From assembly GCA_964016885.1 (NCBI GenBank), contig OZ024742.1, forward strand, positions 187,550,001 to 187,614,000: a stretch of DNA of 64,000 nt, given 5' to 3'. Each line of letters opens with the position of its first letter. The stretch's first letter is position 1. This document shows positions 1-14,579 of this stretch, in pieces. The position numbers and the translations under genes were made by a program. The notes under the pieces were generated by a model. The model was given only the letters and a program-made list of their open reading frames with translations. It did no database searches and had not been told where the DNA came from. Source of the DNA: Eledone cirrhosa. Taxonomy: Eukaryota.

Positions 1-451
1 ATAGATCAATTAGTATCGACGATTAAAAGACATGAATATAATTATGCATAAACACCTTCTTTTGTAGTTCTTGCTTGCCACGTAAATTGATTTTGGACTT
101 TCTGTATCGAAACTAAAGCAGCTACATCGATGAAGTGTCATTTTTAACCACGCCCAAATCCCCAAATGAGAACAATTTTCAAATTTCAAATTTATTATAT
201 ATTTCTTGGCGTCGAAATTACCTGTTTAGATACACAAAGCCTCCAATCAATCTGATACATTTTCACTGCAGGTCTTGACACTAGGAAATACGTGATAAAT
301 TGACTAGTTTTTGTGTGTGTCGAAATGATTCTTGCACCATGTAATTGCTAAATGTATAACGAAATTTTGAAATGTAAATGCAATGGAAGAATAACTATCT
401 CAATGGAATATTTGTAGTAAAAGTTGTGTAAAAAGGATTTTTAGTGCATTA

Positions 452-625
452 GTGGCAGTATCGATAGAGAGTCGGACGCCATACTTTGCAGCATAAAGTT
501 ACGTCTCTTTATGGTTTGAATTCAAATCTGCCGAGGTTAACTTTGCCTTTCATCCTTACGGGGTTGATGAAATAAAGCACGACCAGTAATGCACTGGGAT
601 AATTGTGCCAAAAGTAGAAACACTT
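452..625 (+). mobile_element. tRNA-type SINE (cephalopod-like family)
   Basis: A-box-like tggcagtatcg, B-box-like gaattcaaatc, body gccgaggttaactttgcctttcatcc, tail gtgccaaaagtagaaac. Confidence 0.75.
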
Positions 626-1556
626 ATTATATATAACTAATGTTAATTGCATTCATATAAAAAAATATAGAAGATGATTTGACGAACACACCTAAAAATT
701 TAAACATATGTAGAATTACAATAATTTGAAAGTGCTGAAATGGAATGAATGAATTAATTATTTCGATTGGACAGAGGAAAATATGTAGTCCTATGTCTTT
801 TCATCGATACTATCTTATACTTTCTGATCTCTCGATCGCAAATAATGGCAGAAGCACCGCTGCTTTACCAATGACGGAGAACGGTATATAGACAGGTCAA
901 GAACATAGCTGCAAACGATACTGAAAATCCTACGGTCAAACTATTTACCAATTCCATCATTTCACTCTTCTTTGACTTGTTATTTATATACTGATACCGA
1001 AATGACGAAATAGTAAAGTTGACTTCGGTGAGATTCGAACACAGAAAACAGACAATCAGAACCCAAAACGAGGCATTTAAATGAAACGACAGACATTCTA
1101 ACAACTCTGCCCATTAGTCACCAACGTGAATGCAATGTATATTAATAATAAGGATGTTGATTTAACACACCTAAAAGATTACAATTTTTCCTAACAAATT
1201 GAATTACGATAAATTCATTGTGATGATATGGTATGAAAAAAATATAAGCGAACCTAATTGGATAATAGAACAACACCAATCTGCCAATAGTACAGACGCT
1301 CCAATTCCACATATATATGGTTATAAAAATGTTAGGAGTTTCAATTATACCTTGACAAAGTTACTTTATAGCCGAAATATATCATAAGGAATAAAAAGAA
1401 AAACATATATATAACTAATTTCGGTTTTATACTGATTTCTCTCATTTAGTGCCAGTTTCCATTGTAGTGCTTTTCACACATCATGTATATCTATCTATAT
1501 ATATATATATATATATATATCTATCGCTTTCTCTCTCTCTCTATATATATATATAT

Positions 1557-1746
1557 AGGAACGAGTAGGACCCCGACGCTGAGCTCAAGCCGTTTCGACG
1601 GCTAATTCTCGATTATTAGCCGTCGAAACGGCTTGAACTCAACCGTCGGGGTCCTACTCGTTCCTATTACCCACTCTACTACCCTAAGTATTGAGTACTT
1701 TGGTGCGTTATGGTCCACCTGGTTCCTTACCACATTTCCTTCATTA
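1557..1746 (+). mobile_element. Short fold-back PLE 3' end, family A (hairpin + ~80-bp tail) in (TA)n
   Basis: Inverted arms ~1557-1608 / ~1613-1666, then tail ttacccactctactaccctaagtattgag...ttccttc. Homologous to 44540-44672. Confidence 0.85.
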
Positions 1747-1948
1747 TATATATATATATGATATATATATATATTTATAGGAAGGCAGTTAAATGCTTAT
1801 TGATATACACATTCATTATTCGATGTTTCATAGGTAGGTGAAACACTGTCTACTTGTTTAGACGTTCACATATATATCCATATATATATATACTTATATA
1901 TACATTCATACGTAGTACCGGTTGTGTTGTTATTTCTGTTTACCTTTT

Positions 1949-2032
<84 letters not shown>

Positions 2033-4703
2033 TATGGAATGCTGTTCGCTTTTCGCTGCAGTGTTTTCTATACCTTTCATTTATATATATATATATACAT
2101 ATACACATATATACATGGATATATATATATACACACGTATATACATACATACATACATACACACATATTTTCATACATACACACATACTTACATATATAC
2201 ACAACCAGAGCTCTGTAAGTGATAGTGTATGAGATTCAGGTTAGTGTAACGAAGATGAAAAGACAGGACGAGATATTATCCAATCAGATATTACGATATT
2301 TGTACCATTGATAATGCCTGGTTCTGGTAGACACCAATATCGATCTCTTACATTCAGTAGAAGCTATTGTTTCACTACTGTGAATGCACATAAAAGGCTG
2401 CTCTTCCAGCATGTCAGTCAGTCTTTATGTAACAAAAAATAAAATAAATATATAAATCTGTAAATCACTATTGACTGACAAAAGCGTTTGATCTACTAAC
2501 AAAATTGTATGCATGTCTCACACACTCTCTTTTTTTTTTTCTCTGTCTCTCTCTGTACCTGCCTCAGCTTCTCTTTCTCTCTCTGCGTTGTATATGTTGA
2601 TATATGTCTATCTGTCTCCCTCTAACTACCAACCTACCTACGTACCTATCTACCAACCTACCTACATAACTACCTACCTATTTACCTACTTACCTACCTA
2701 CCAACCTACCCCTACCTAACTACCTACCAACCTACCCCTACCTACGTACCTACCTACAAATATTCCTACATACCCATCTATCTTTTATGTATGTAGGTAT
2801 ATATATATATATATATACAGAGAGAGAGAGAGAAGAGTGGAGAGTGGAGAGGGTAGAGGGAGATAGAGAGAGGGGACATAGCGGGAGAGAGAGAGAGAGA
2901 GAGTAATATAGAACGTACGCAATACGACAACTGCAGTCAGTTGTCATCAGTCGCTTCCATAACAGTAACTAGAAATGTTTTAGTTTTGTTTTTGAAGTGT
3001 TTGAACGTATTCACTTTATGCTAAACGTAGGATGTATCTGCTGAGTGCCGTTTAGTTTTATAGATTACATTCATTCAATTTATGGATGACGTTGGATTGT
3101 TTTGGAAGAACTTTTCTTTCAGGTTGAAGTATTTAACGGACAAAATTATATATATATATAGATATATATAATAAAAAGTTGACGGACCCAGCATAGGTAT
3201 TAATGCTAGGATCGGTTGCATCTCAGCGTACTCAATAGGTAATGTAAAATAGACTCCCAGAGTATACGCATAGTTATTCGCTTCAATACAAAACACGTAA
3301 ACGAGTATCTATAGTGTTTCCCGAACTTGAGTTTCGGCCACACTTAATGCAGCAGTAGGGTCTACCGCACCCTCTGCATATATTATGCAACAATGCATAA
3401 TCGGCGCATGTGGCTTCATCAGCGGGTATCGCCCGATCAATAAACAATCGATCGACATAATTCGACTCCAGTCTATGCTGGTTATGACTGCTATGATTGA
3501 TTAATATATATATATATAATAATCGATGAATAAAAGAGTTACTTGATTTGTAATCAACTGATTCTTATATATAACAGATGCCAAGCACTCAACGGTATAA
3601 ATTTATCCGGAGTATTATAATAATAATAATAATAATAATAATAGCATAATTAATAATAGTATAATTAATAATAATAGTAATAAACGAAAAATATATATTT
3701 TGTATCATACCTATTTATTTTATTATATATATTTCAAAGATTTAAACTTTTATATATAACATAAAGCAAAACATGTCCCCTTCAGACTATTTATAACCAT
3801 TATACGTGTTTTACAAATAAACATCTTTATATTTATATTTGGTCAAACTCTATATATGCTTCAAATTGAAGATCTGAAATATTTACAAAGCAAAGGAGGA
3901 AACCAAGACAAAACCAAGGCAAAACAAAACTTACAATAGATTCCCATGTTTTGCATTCTTTTAAATAATGGTATTTTGAACATAGGCGGACACAACATAT
4001 TTTATCATAGTTTAAAACCTGTAAACGTCATGTACAGCACGAAATCGCATTACCTAATTTAAGAAAGAAACATGTAACCCCTTTCGCTATTTATTTTTTC
4101 CCCAGGTTTTCTCAACACTCAGTCAACTTTATATTATGCCTCGCCCAAAACAACATTCATAGGTCCTTCTAAATATATTTCTTCAACATAGGTATTTTTA
4201 TAATAACACGGGGAACTGATTTTCGGGAATCGAAAGTTGCGGGCCCTCTGTAATGTAGCATGACATGGACACTCTACGTTCTAACCCATGATAGTACACG
4301 ATATTCATTATAATTTCTTATTCTTTCATCCTTTTATGTCATTGGACTTCGTCCATGCTGGCTAACAGCCTCGATGGGATGCAGTCGATCTCATTGACAG
4401 CAGTACTTATGTTATGTGTACTTATTTTATCGATCGCTTCTCGTCGAACCACTGTATTATGGGACGTAAATAAACAGTAAATGTAAACACGATCATGCGT
4501 ACATGCATATATATACACACATACATATATATATATGTATATATATATGCAAACACACAACACACACACGACGCACACGCACACACATATATATGTATGT
4601 ATATATATATGCACACGCACACACATATGTATATGTATGTATATATATATATATGCACACGCAACACACACACACATACACTCACACACACACACACTCA
4701 CAC

Positions 4704-4749
<46 letters not shown>

Positions 4750-4888
4750 GGAGATCGTAATGTTGCCATCATTGCCAATATGGTGATGTACACAAGATAT
4801 CTAATTTTCACTTTAGCTTTCGTACCATTTGTACGTAACTTCAAAATTCTTTCGTCACACATTCTGTAACCTCCTCAATGATTATCTA

Positions 4889-4941
<53 letters not shown>

Positions 4942-5068
4942 TTATTTATTTATTTATTGAAATAACAGATTAAAGTTTAAGCAAAGAATCGCTGCTTTCA
5001 CCCTTATTGATATATATTTATCCTTATCGGACCCTCTTTGGATTTTAGACTTCTAATTTATTATTATT

Positions 5069-5122
<54 letters not shown>

Positions 5123-5127
5123 TATAT

Positions 5128-7051
5128 CATAAACCAGATGAAGTACTTATATTAGCCCGCACACTAACCACCCACCGGCAGTCATCAGAGCGGTCATTAA
5201 GTCTATCTCATACAGGGTTTCCTTGCTATCCGCCAATGAGGAGATATTCAATGCCCATGCGGCATATTATAATAAGGCCCCTTCTGAATTTGGTTATACA
5301 CAGTCTATCTACTACATACCTAAGGGCCATAACACAGAACTTCACCACAACCCGAATAACTGTAACACTAGAACTAGAAACACATTAGCATTTAGCCAGA
5401 TTTGCCGGAATTCTAGGTCTACCAATATCTATACAGGTAATCGTAATAGTGGCAGAGGCCTACTCCCTACTCCAAGTAGCAGATTCAGAATCAACTGTAG
5501 ATTAAGAAATGATAATAGGCCGACAATTAGCAAGCACATTGGCAATAATAATCCTAGTAATGCCCCTGCCAACACTGCTAGACCCCATAGCCACAACAGG
5601 TCTAGAAAAATCACCTGGCTCAACCTCCCTTTCTCATCTAATGTAGCTACCAACATCCCGAAACGCTCTTCTCCATCGTATATACCCCCCCCCCCCAACC
5701 ACAGATATTACAAGCTCTTTAATAAAAACAATATTAAAATCTCCTTCTCCACTACACCGAACCTAGCTAGCCACATCACATTTAGCAACCATTATAAACT
5801 AAAAAAATATACCCCCCCCCCCATCAGTACTCCACGTAGCCATACCAATACTCATCGTAATAACAGAATACACCCCTCCAATCCCTCTAGTTCACACCAG
5901 CCGCATAGTTTAAATAACCCTACTCCTACTAATCGCAACCGTAATTGCAACTGCCGTAACCCCACTGCGAGTTTGCTTAACGGCCTGTGCCTTACGCCCA
6001 ATAACGTATATAGGTGCAGGGTTAGAACGGCCTCATCCACTAGCTGTTATATTGGCTCTACGTCAAACCCCTTTAAGGTTCGCTATAATGCACACTCATT
6101 TTCCTTCCGCGACCCTAGCAATAGATAGTCAACTTCTCTAATTAAGCTCATCGAAAACCTTAGACTAGCCAGCATTGAACATTCAATAGCTTTGGATATC
6201 TTAGCTAGATCTCCTGCATTTAATGGGAGAAAAATCTCTTGCGATCTCTGTCTTACCGAGGCCTATCACATAACTTTGTCAAGGCCCCCATCAATTACAG
6301 GTACAAGTTGGTGATCAACTGCCACCACCGCAGAGCGAGTTCGTTCGCCAACAGAATATTCGACCTAGCTTAGCCCATCCTATAGTCATGCCCCTCCATA
6401 AACTAACAAAGTAATGGCATCATTAGTCCACCACATAAGCTCCTATAATTTACCTCCCTAAGCTACAAATCCGACTGCAACTATACCTATAAGCTACCTC
6501 CCGACCCTACCTTGGTTACAGTTCCTAGTGGTATTCTTGGCTCTCCAAGGAGTTACCTCCCTGAAACCCATCACTATACAATAAGATAGTTTCCGTATAG
6601 GAAGCCATTTTGGTAGGTGATAGGCACCAGTGTTTACCTTCAGCCTCGACAGACATCTGATGTTTATTTATACCATACACATGAAATTCTCCAGTGCCAA
6701 GGTGCCCCTTCTAGGGAGTTGCTAATCTGAGGATTCTTTAAGGAGACGTAACCCTCCTATTTTATTTTTATTTTTATTTCATCTTTATTTTGATTTCTGC
6801 TTTTTATATAGTAATAATCTCATTATCTTTCCCCAAGTTCCGAAGATCTCCTCCATAATATTATTCTATGTTACTTATATTTCTCTGCACCAACTCAATA
6901 ACTCTCTTACGATTGATTGGTCCAGAAACATTATATGGAGTAGTGAAACAATTGTAAACTGACATTACTATCCCCTTTCTATATTAAACTGCACTTAATG
7001 TTGATACTCTGTGACTAATGTCTTCTGTGTGGTCTTGTTTTGCTTAACTAC

Positions 7052-7055
<4 letters not shown>
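5128..7055 (+). mobile_element. 5'-truncated, decayed PLE (RT thumb + GIY-YIG + 3' UTR/pLTR)
   Basis: ORF 5223-6128 aligns by eye to the 773-aa protein (LSANEEIFNAHAAYYNKA vs LSSNIQVFKEHAEYYDNA; CNCR..GLCL..NVYRC..YIGST..FKVRYNAH). Stop and frameshifts downstream; TA flanks. Confidence 0.88.
6836..6960 (+). ncRNA. Hammerhead-like motif (U4C core) at the 3' end of the PLE fragment
   Basis: agtt-CCGAAGA-...ctccata...tatggag...-GAAAC-AATT-GTA-aact. Stem I agtt/aact, palindromic stem III. Confidence 0.6.
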
Positions 7056-7093
<38 letters not shown>

Positions 7094-7562
7094 CATACTG
7101 GGTTTCCGCACAGTTTCCGGTTGCCAGATTTTACTCACAAATCCTTGTAAACCCGACGGTGTACAAAAGGACATTTCCTCAAGATGTAACTGAATTAGAA
7201 AGTACGAATGTGCAGCATAGCGAACTTATTAAGAACACAACCATGCCTTTCTCTATAATTAATTAATTCATCTAAGAATGTTAGATGAAGGGACTCTCTG
7301 AAAACCTCATTTATACATGAGTCTAAATAATGAGTTCAATTCGATAGAAAGCAATTAGATATAGCTTGATATAATTTATATACTTAATTACTTGAACTAG
7401 TTGGCGGCCTTGTTTAATAACAATGTAGTATTTTTGCTGAAATGTAATTTAAAATATCGCTGAAAATAACCTTATAATTTATAGAAATATAGATAGGCAG
7501 ATAGATATGTCAAAAGATAGACATAGCGACAGACAGATATATATATATAAAGATAGATAAAT

Positions 7563-7623
<61 letters not shown>

Positions 7624-7722
7624 TTTTGAGTTTATGTTGGTTGTATACCAATACCTCAGTATGCAGGCTGGACCACTCGACGAAGTGCGCAGGTTGGTTT
7701 GGTTACTCCGGAGTAATGTAAA

Positions 7723-7777
<55 letters not shown>

Positions 7778-7972
7778 TAAATATGTATATATATATATAT
7801 AGATAGAGAGAGAGAGAGAGAGATAGATAGATAGACTGATAGATAGAGAAATATATAGTGAGAGTGGCGAAAGTAGTGATCGTGAGAGTGTGTGTGGGGG
7901 GGGGGGGGCAGAGCGACCATGTGTGTGGAGGGGAGAACGAGAGAGATAGAGAGATATAGAGATAGATAGAAA

Positions 7973-8065
<93 letters not shown>

Positions 8066-8479
8066 CTGAGAGAAATGTTTGTTTGTGAGAGGGGTGAGAG
8101 CATGAGGGAAAGAGAATGAAAGTGTGATCTACGTGCAAAGATATACGGTGAATGAGACTGTAATGAATAATAGAAAAAAGTCGCATACAGTAAATACATG
8201 GTGCTCCAGCATGGCCATGCCCAAATAACTAAATCACAGTAAGATAAATAACTAAATAAATACATAAATAAATATAAACAGACGAAACATAACAAAGGGA
8301 AACATTGCAAACATAACATACTGTAGAATATAAACACACACACACATTGAGAAAACAGATATGCCCATTCATAAACGCACTCACATAATACACATGCATA
8401 TACACACATATATGCACAAGCCCTAATATACAACTCACATAAACATTGGCATACTCACGTAGGTATAGAGGTAGGTACA

Positions 8480-8830
8480 TATACACACACAAACACACAC
8501 ATAATCACTTGCACAAATGCATATACGTACATACCCATATAAACACACAAACCCTTTGACATACTCGTTCATATAAACACACATAAAACGTTTCACACAT
8601 ACAAGTAAACCCATATACACGCCCGCGGAAACCCTTTCACACATTAACATAAACAGGCATAAACCTTTGCTCACATCCACATCTATGTAAACATGTAAAC
8701 ACACATAAACCCTTTCACACATACGCATACACTTAAACAGGCATAAACCTTTGCACACATCCACAACTATATAAACACACGTAAACCCTTGCACACATAC
8801 ACATATACATAAACTCACACACTCGCCGAC
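8480..8830. repeat. Decayed CA-rich minisatellite
   Basis: aaacaggcataaacctttgc.cacatccaca repeated at ~8651 and ~8735. Confidence 0.65.
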
Positions 8831-9738
8831 ATACACTCACATAAAGGCTTCCATTGATTTATACATATTCACATATATTTCACATACATTAAGTTGCCGG
8901 CATTTAAAAGACAATATCTCTCAGCCCAAATATATTTTCAGTTGCTTTTTCGAACCCTACATTTTATGTCATATTTCATGTCTTTTTACAGCTAGTTTCT
9001 TCTCAATAATCTGACAAGTGCGAGAATGTCTGTTTTGCTAAAGAGATCTAATTAGATCGGAGTAATACCCCAAGTTGTTTTCCCTATATGGCCAAGTGGA
9101 TATTAAAACAACACTAGTCTAGTCACCAAAACTAATATTCTTTTCTTCTCTAATTAATTAAATTTTCTCTCTTTTCATTGCTATATGAAGAAACTAAATC
9201 GGCTTCCGTATATCAGAGCAGTAAAATCTCTCAGGAAAATATCGATTCGTTTGTTTTTCGAAGCCTAAATTTTATATTTTACGTATTTTTTCTGTCTCAT
9301 ATCATCTATGTTTATATGATGTTTACTTAGTCGGTATTTCTTCATATTCGTCAATATATTTACAGAATGAATTAACAGCATACAGAAATATGTAAATTAT
9401 ATTTACAACAAAATATTATTCTTATCAATCGCAACGTCTTCAGCTTGGTTCCAGTGTTGCTTTTTACTTTGTCTTCTTTCATCTTTGTCTTCTTCCCTGT
9501 CTGTTTAATTTTGAGATATTTACTAGCGTTGTTATCTTTGCTTGTCATCAACAAGATGTTTGTATATGGAGGACACATATATAACTGTGTATGTATATGT
9601 GTGTATGTCTCTACATATTTATATCTATGTATTTATATATAACATCAGATATATAATTATAATAAATGAATAGCTACGTATACATAAATACCTATATCTG
9701 TGTGTATACACACACACACACACACACACACGCACATC

Positions 9739-9770
<32 letters not shown>

Positions 9771-9799
9771 CATATATATACATATATATATATATATAT

Positions 9800-10385
9800 T
9801 GCAGTAATAACTTGTCTGTAGGGCGAGTTACATTACTACAACGAAGCCATACAAGGAACGAACGTTTCATTGGTTAGGAGGACCAGTTCAATCTGTGTCG
9901 GGGGAGAGGAATCGGAAATAGCTTATATAAATGAGGGAGATAGGAGAGCGACTAAAGGGGAGCAGGTAATAAAGGAAGATAGAGAAAGTAATTAAAAATA
10001 TCGAAAGTTAGAGCTATTATGTAGGTCAACACAAGAAAAGATGGAGATAACTGTGTGCTAAAGTAGGAATAAAGAATATTTTAAGAAAAATATTGTATGA
10101 ATAAAATATATTTTAGAAATAAAAAATATTATTTGAGTTAGTTGTTACGGAGGCCAATTCTTCCAGAAGGTGCTTCGTGAAGTAGGAGTAGCGAGCGAAG
10201 AACTCTAGTTCAGTATTTAAAGGTCTATTGCTGGTGTAAAGATTAATAAGGATCCACCCTCTCTCATCGTTGTACAATCTGAAAACTTTGAGCCTATTTA
10301 CATATGGTAGAGATTGTTCAATTATCTTCCATTTCAGAGAGAAGTCTATATTCTTGTCTTAGAGCTGCCATAATTTGTTCGCCTT
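9800..10385 (-). mobile_element. Decayed PLE 3' fragment (GIY-YIG C-terminus + UTR)
   Basis: Minus strand ~10385-10130 reads ANKLWQL*DKNIDFSLKWKIIEQSLPY, similar to LAEKAWTLRDSNQKFTLKWEKLAK of the intact ORF. Confidence 0.65.
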
Positions 10386-10739
10386 TCATGCTTAAGGAAG
10401 CGGTTTTTTAAAACGACTCACATATATCTACATATGTCCAGGACTCATTTTGATGGTATTGACACCTCAAAGATATTTCAAATTCATATATGCTGGTACT
10501 TTGGAATGTTTATTCTGTGGGCATGACATGCTTTTTACTGGAACACCCATGCGTTTGGGGGCTCTGATGCCTATATGCGAGGCATGGTTATTTCATGTTT
10601 CTTAAGTCTCTTGGTCGTTGAATCAAAATACACACACTTATATATACATATGTATATATATATATATATATATATATTCATATATATACATATATATATA
10701 TATATATTAGAAAGTGAGGTTGTGTTTAACAAAATGAAA

Positions 10740-11410
10740 AATAACCGAGGTGTCTTTACAGGGTGTCTAACACCACTGCTATAGCAGTGGTGTTACACCC
10801 CCTGTAAAGGTGGCTTTATAAAATTATTAGTGGTATTTTTGCATTAGTATTCTTGTATTAGTATTTATGTATTAGCTTTCTGAATTAATATTTCGTATTA
10901 GTTTTTTAGTATGTTTGTCCTCAACTTATTAACCTGTCATTTTATCATTGTAAGATAGCATTGGCTGATTACTACTAACTATAGCATTTGTAAAGATGGC
11001 TTTATAAAATTCTTTCACTACAATCTCGTATTTACTATTCTTCTCCACCTATTAAACTTTTCTATAGCTTAGCAATACCAATGATAGATTTGGTGATTGT
11101 GGGGATGGAGTAGTGACCAGAAATTGTTTTTTTTTATTTTTTATATATTTATTTCTTCATTTTTATAATGGCTTTTTTGCTTAATCCCTTTCGATTTACA
11201 TATTTTTTCAACATCCCCTCCCCTTCTCCAGTAAACTTTTTTCGACCATCTATACACTATCCTTAGAATATGCTGTATAGATTTCACTTTCAACGCTTGA
11301 CTGGGTTTCGCCCACTCCCTCTTTGTTCTACCGGCAATTTCAGCTACCCTACCTTCCACTAAATGCCATGATAGAATCATACGTCTTTACAACAAATTTT
11401 TGACCAATCC
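10740..11410. mobile_element. Decayed UTR pieces related to the 42824-44672 family
   Basis: 11291-11360 resembles 44335-44410 (caacgcttga...taccggca..ttcagctaccc). gtctaacacc-ctgctata is shared with 43846. Confidence 0.45.
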
Positions 11411-12358
11411 TATATATATATATATATATATTTTTTTTTTTTTAATATATATATATATTTATATGTATGTATATATATAGAAGGAAAAAAGATGAAATGG
11501 AAAATGCCGCATTAGCTAATAAAACATCCTTGGCTGAAACAGTTAATAATTATAGAAAAAAGAATATCGATTACAACCTGACCTGGAGTGTGCTCAAAGG
11601 GCCACCCTTTGTCAAAATAACAGATACGAGTGTAGATTATGCTCCCAGGAACTTTTTGAAATAATGAAATCTAAGTATATCCTATTAAATAAGCGACAAG
11701 AATTAATTATATCTTGCAATCATAGAATTAGAAGAACTTTCAAATATTATAAACCTAATTAATATACACCTTACACTTATATTTTACATATTATAATTAG
11801 TTTTTTAAATTTAGTTAACCCATAATTAGTACTTTACTACAGAGAACTTCATAATTTTATTTCCCTCTTACAGCTCTCTTTTCCTAAAATTAATACCTAA
11901 ATGTATACATATAAACTATTTTAATTTCCCGTTATGAATCTAGATTCCTTGTAGTCTATATAAGATTGGTATTTCTCACTAATACATTTATCCCCAAATT
12001 TTATTTTCCTTCGTTTTCAACAACATTCTTTAATAACATCTAATTCTTATTTATCACATCCATATGAATTAATATAAATTTATCCCTATAAGTATACCTA
12101 TCAATCAATTTTATTTTCTAGATCTAAATTCCTTGTGGTTTAAATAAGATTGGTATTTATCACTAACACCTTTACCCTAAAATTGTATTCCCCTTCGGTT
12201 TTAACATTAGCATTATTCTTTAATAACATCAAATTTATCAACTTGACCTCTTACTACTTTTTTATTGGTCAATTCAAAACCTGTTCCCAAACTGACCTAT
12301 TATATTAAATCTTTGTTTGTTTTTTTCAATAAACAAATATCATTATTTCTGAAGACAG

Positions 12359-12530
12359 CAGTATCGGTAGAGAGTCAGACGCAATGCTTTCCAACATAGT
12401 TATGTCCCTTTATGGTCTGAGTTCAAATCCCGCCGAGGTTAACTTTGCCTTTCATCCTTACGGGGTCGATAAAATAAAGTACCAGTAATGTACTGGGTAT
12501 TTGCTGGCCTTGTGCCAAAATGTAGAAACA
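12359..12530 (+). mobile_element. SINE with 17-bp target-site duplication
   Basis: Family consensus. ATTATTTCTGAAGACAG at 12342-12358 and 12531-12547. Confidence 0.87.
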
Positions 12531-12651
12531 ATTATTTCTGAAGACAGTATATATATGTGAAGGTATGTATATTTCCTCTGATAGTTTGTAAAATGTTTAC
12601 ATAGATCTATACCAACACACATATATATCCTAGAAACGATCGTAAAATGAT
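12531..12651 (+). ncRNA. Type I hammerhead motif
   Basis: attattt-CTGAAGA-...atatatatgtg...cacatatatat...-GAAAC-GATC-GTA-aaatgat. Base of stem II imperfect. Confidence 0.65.
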
Positions 12652-12712
12652 GATTTTTTTTAATATAAGGAACTTGTTCTTTGTTTTTATTCATTGTTTT
12701 TTAATAATTTAC

Positions 12713-12757
<45 letters not shown>

Positions 12758-12888
12758 TATACATTCATATATATATATTCATATACATTTTTTATTTTAG
12801 TTATGCATTTAAATTATTGACACTCAATTTTCTCCTTCGTTGCTTCTATGCACCTTTGTTCCTTCTTCCTCCTCTCCCCCCTTCTGTT

Positions 12889-12890
12889 AG

Positions 12891-12943
<53 letters not shown>

Positions 12944-12982
12944 ATAATAATAATAATAATAATAACAATAATAATAATAATT
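12889..12982. repeat. (ACT)n(AAT)n compound microsatellite
   Basis: Direct reading. Confidence 0.95.
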
Positions 12983-13687
12983 ATACTGCTACTAACACTA
13001 CACCTACCGCCACCATCCTCACAACGTGCTTGATCTTTGGTTTTACATTTGTACTTGTTTAACATTTATTCTTCATCTAAAGCTTCATCTATAAAATTCT
13101 AATCCGTAAGATGAAAAGCAAAACATACACAATAAACAGGAAAAAACCATAAAATAAAAACACACACAATAAACAGGAAAAATACCATAAAATAAAAACG
13201 TATAAGTTACCTAACAAAAAAATATAGAATTAGCCACAACACCAGAGAGGGAAAACACAAACAAACGAAAAATGACCTCTAACTTACTCCGATGTGTGCG
13301 TTGTGAAAACACAATTTTGATAATAAAGGCTTCACGAAAACGTTTTAAAAATTTATTGTCAAATTTGATTAACATGTCGTTATTTATTGGCCTATCATAC
13401 GGGACAGGTCTTTATATTAAAATTTCAGGAACGTTTTATGATCGTAAATTGTAAAGAAATGAATAGTATCACACAGTTGAAATAGCGGGAGCTGCAACAG
13501 CCTCCTCTATGTATCATACGGGTAAGCTTATTAATTATGCAAATATGTAAATCGAAACGGTTAAGAATAATTACCACGAAGAACCAACCAATGAAAATAA
13601 TGACATGCATAGGCATACACATAAATTAACATTTATGCGCAAAGTCAGCCATAATAGCTCGAGCTCTCACACTCAGACACGCTTGCG

Positions 13688-13738
<51 letters not shown>

Positions 13739-13945
13739 GTGTATATGTAAACATAAGCAATCCTATGCACTCAAGAAGCGAAATGAACATAAACCATTCT
13801 TATAGTTATCAATAGTTATGTTAATTTTCGAAGCTATTAATAATGGATATCTTTCTGTAGAACACATACATACATACATACATACATACATACATACATA
13901 CATACATACATACATACATACATACATACATACATACATACATAC

Positions 13946-14478
13946 ATGGTGGCTGCCAACTCAATTTCAAGTAATTTCATCACTTGATACTTAAGCATGA
14001 GCATCACAGATGTGGCTTTTTAATCCTGCTAGGGAGCTGGCTATGGCCAACAATACCAGGCATCGCAGAAAAGGTCACATATCAAACGATGTCTGTACTT
14101 GAAGCTTTTTTAAGTGAGGAAACGCTTTCCACGGGACCAATGATCATCGAATGCATTTGCCCGAAAAGAAGAACTGGTCTGCAACAGTGGATGAAAACGC
14201 AGTCGTAAGTTTTATATCAGAGTGACATTCCCCTAGAGAGATGTCTTAATGAAGACTAGGAGTCTCTCGCTTCACAAAAAAAAAAAAACATTTTGGATGG
14301 CCATTGAATATCCTGAGTTCCTCCGCCCTTTGACGGGCTTTGTTTTTCATCCCGAGGGTCTCCAAAATCACCCACCTTATCAAGCGTGCAAGCTTGGGGT
14401 GGTTGCCGGTTTAGTCGCCGACGACCCGACTATGCACAGGTTGTACTTTTTTACATATTACCAGTAGCGCTGGTACAT
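13946..14478 (-). mobile_element. Internally deleted RTE-like element (5' UTR + C2H2 remnant + tail into (TATG)n)
   Basis: Shares ends with 51104-51713 (atggtggctgccaactc; gtttagtcgcc.acgacccgac). Minus strand encodes SLAGLKSH. Confidence 0.6.
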
Positions 14479-14489
14479 GCATACACACA

Positions 14490-14553
<64 letters not shown>

Positions 14554-14579
14554 CATCTATCTCTCTATATATATGTTGT

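Larger units (their letters stand above)
11507..12715 (+). mobile_element. PLE 3' fragment (endonuclease C-terminus + 3' UTR with HHR), interrupted by a SINE
   Basis: Frameshifted TSLAETV..YNLTWSVL / CRLCSQELFEIMKSKYILLNKRQELIISCNHRIRRTFKYYKPN*, which parallels the C-terminus of the 773-aa ORF. Confidence 0.8.

Noticed and set aside
3341-3385. Twister-ribozyme-like string ttaatgcagc...gggtctaccgcaccc
   Set aside because: P1 and the pseudoknot pairings could not be completed; single copy.
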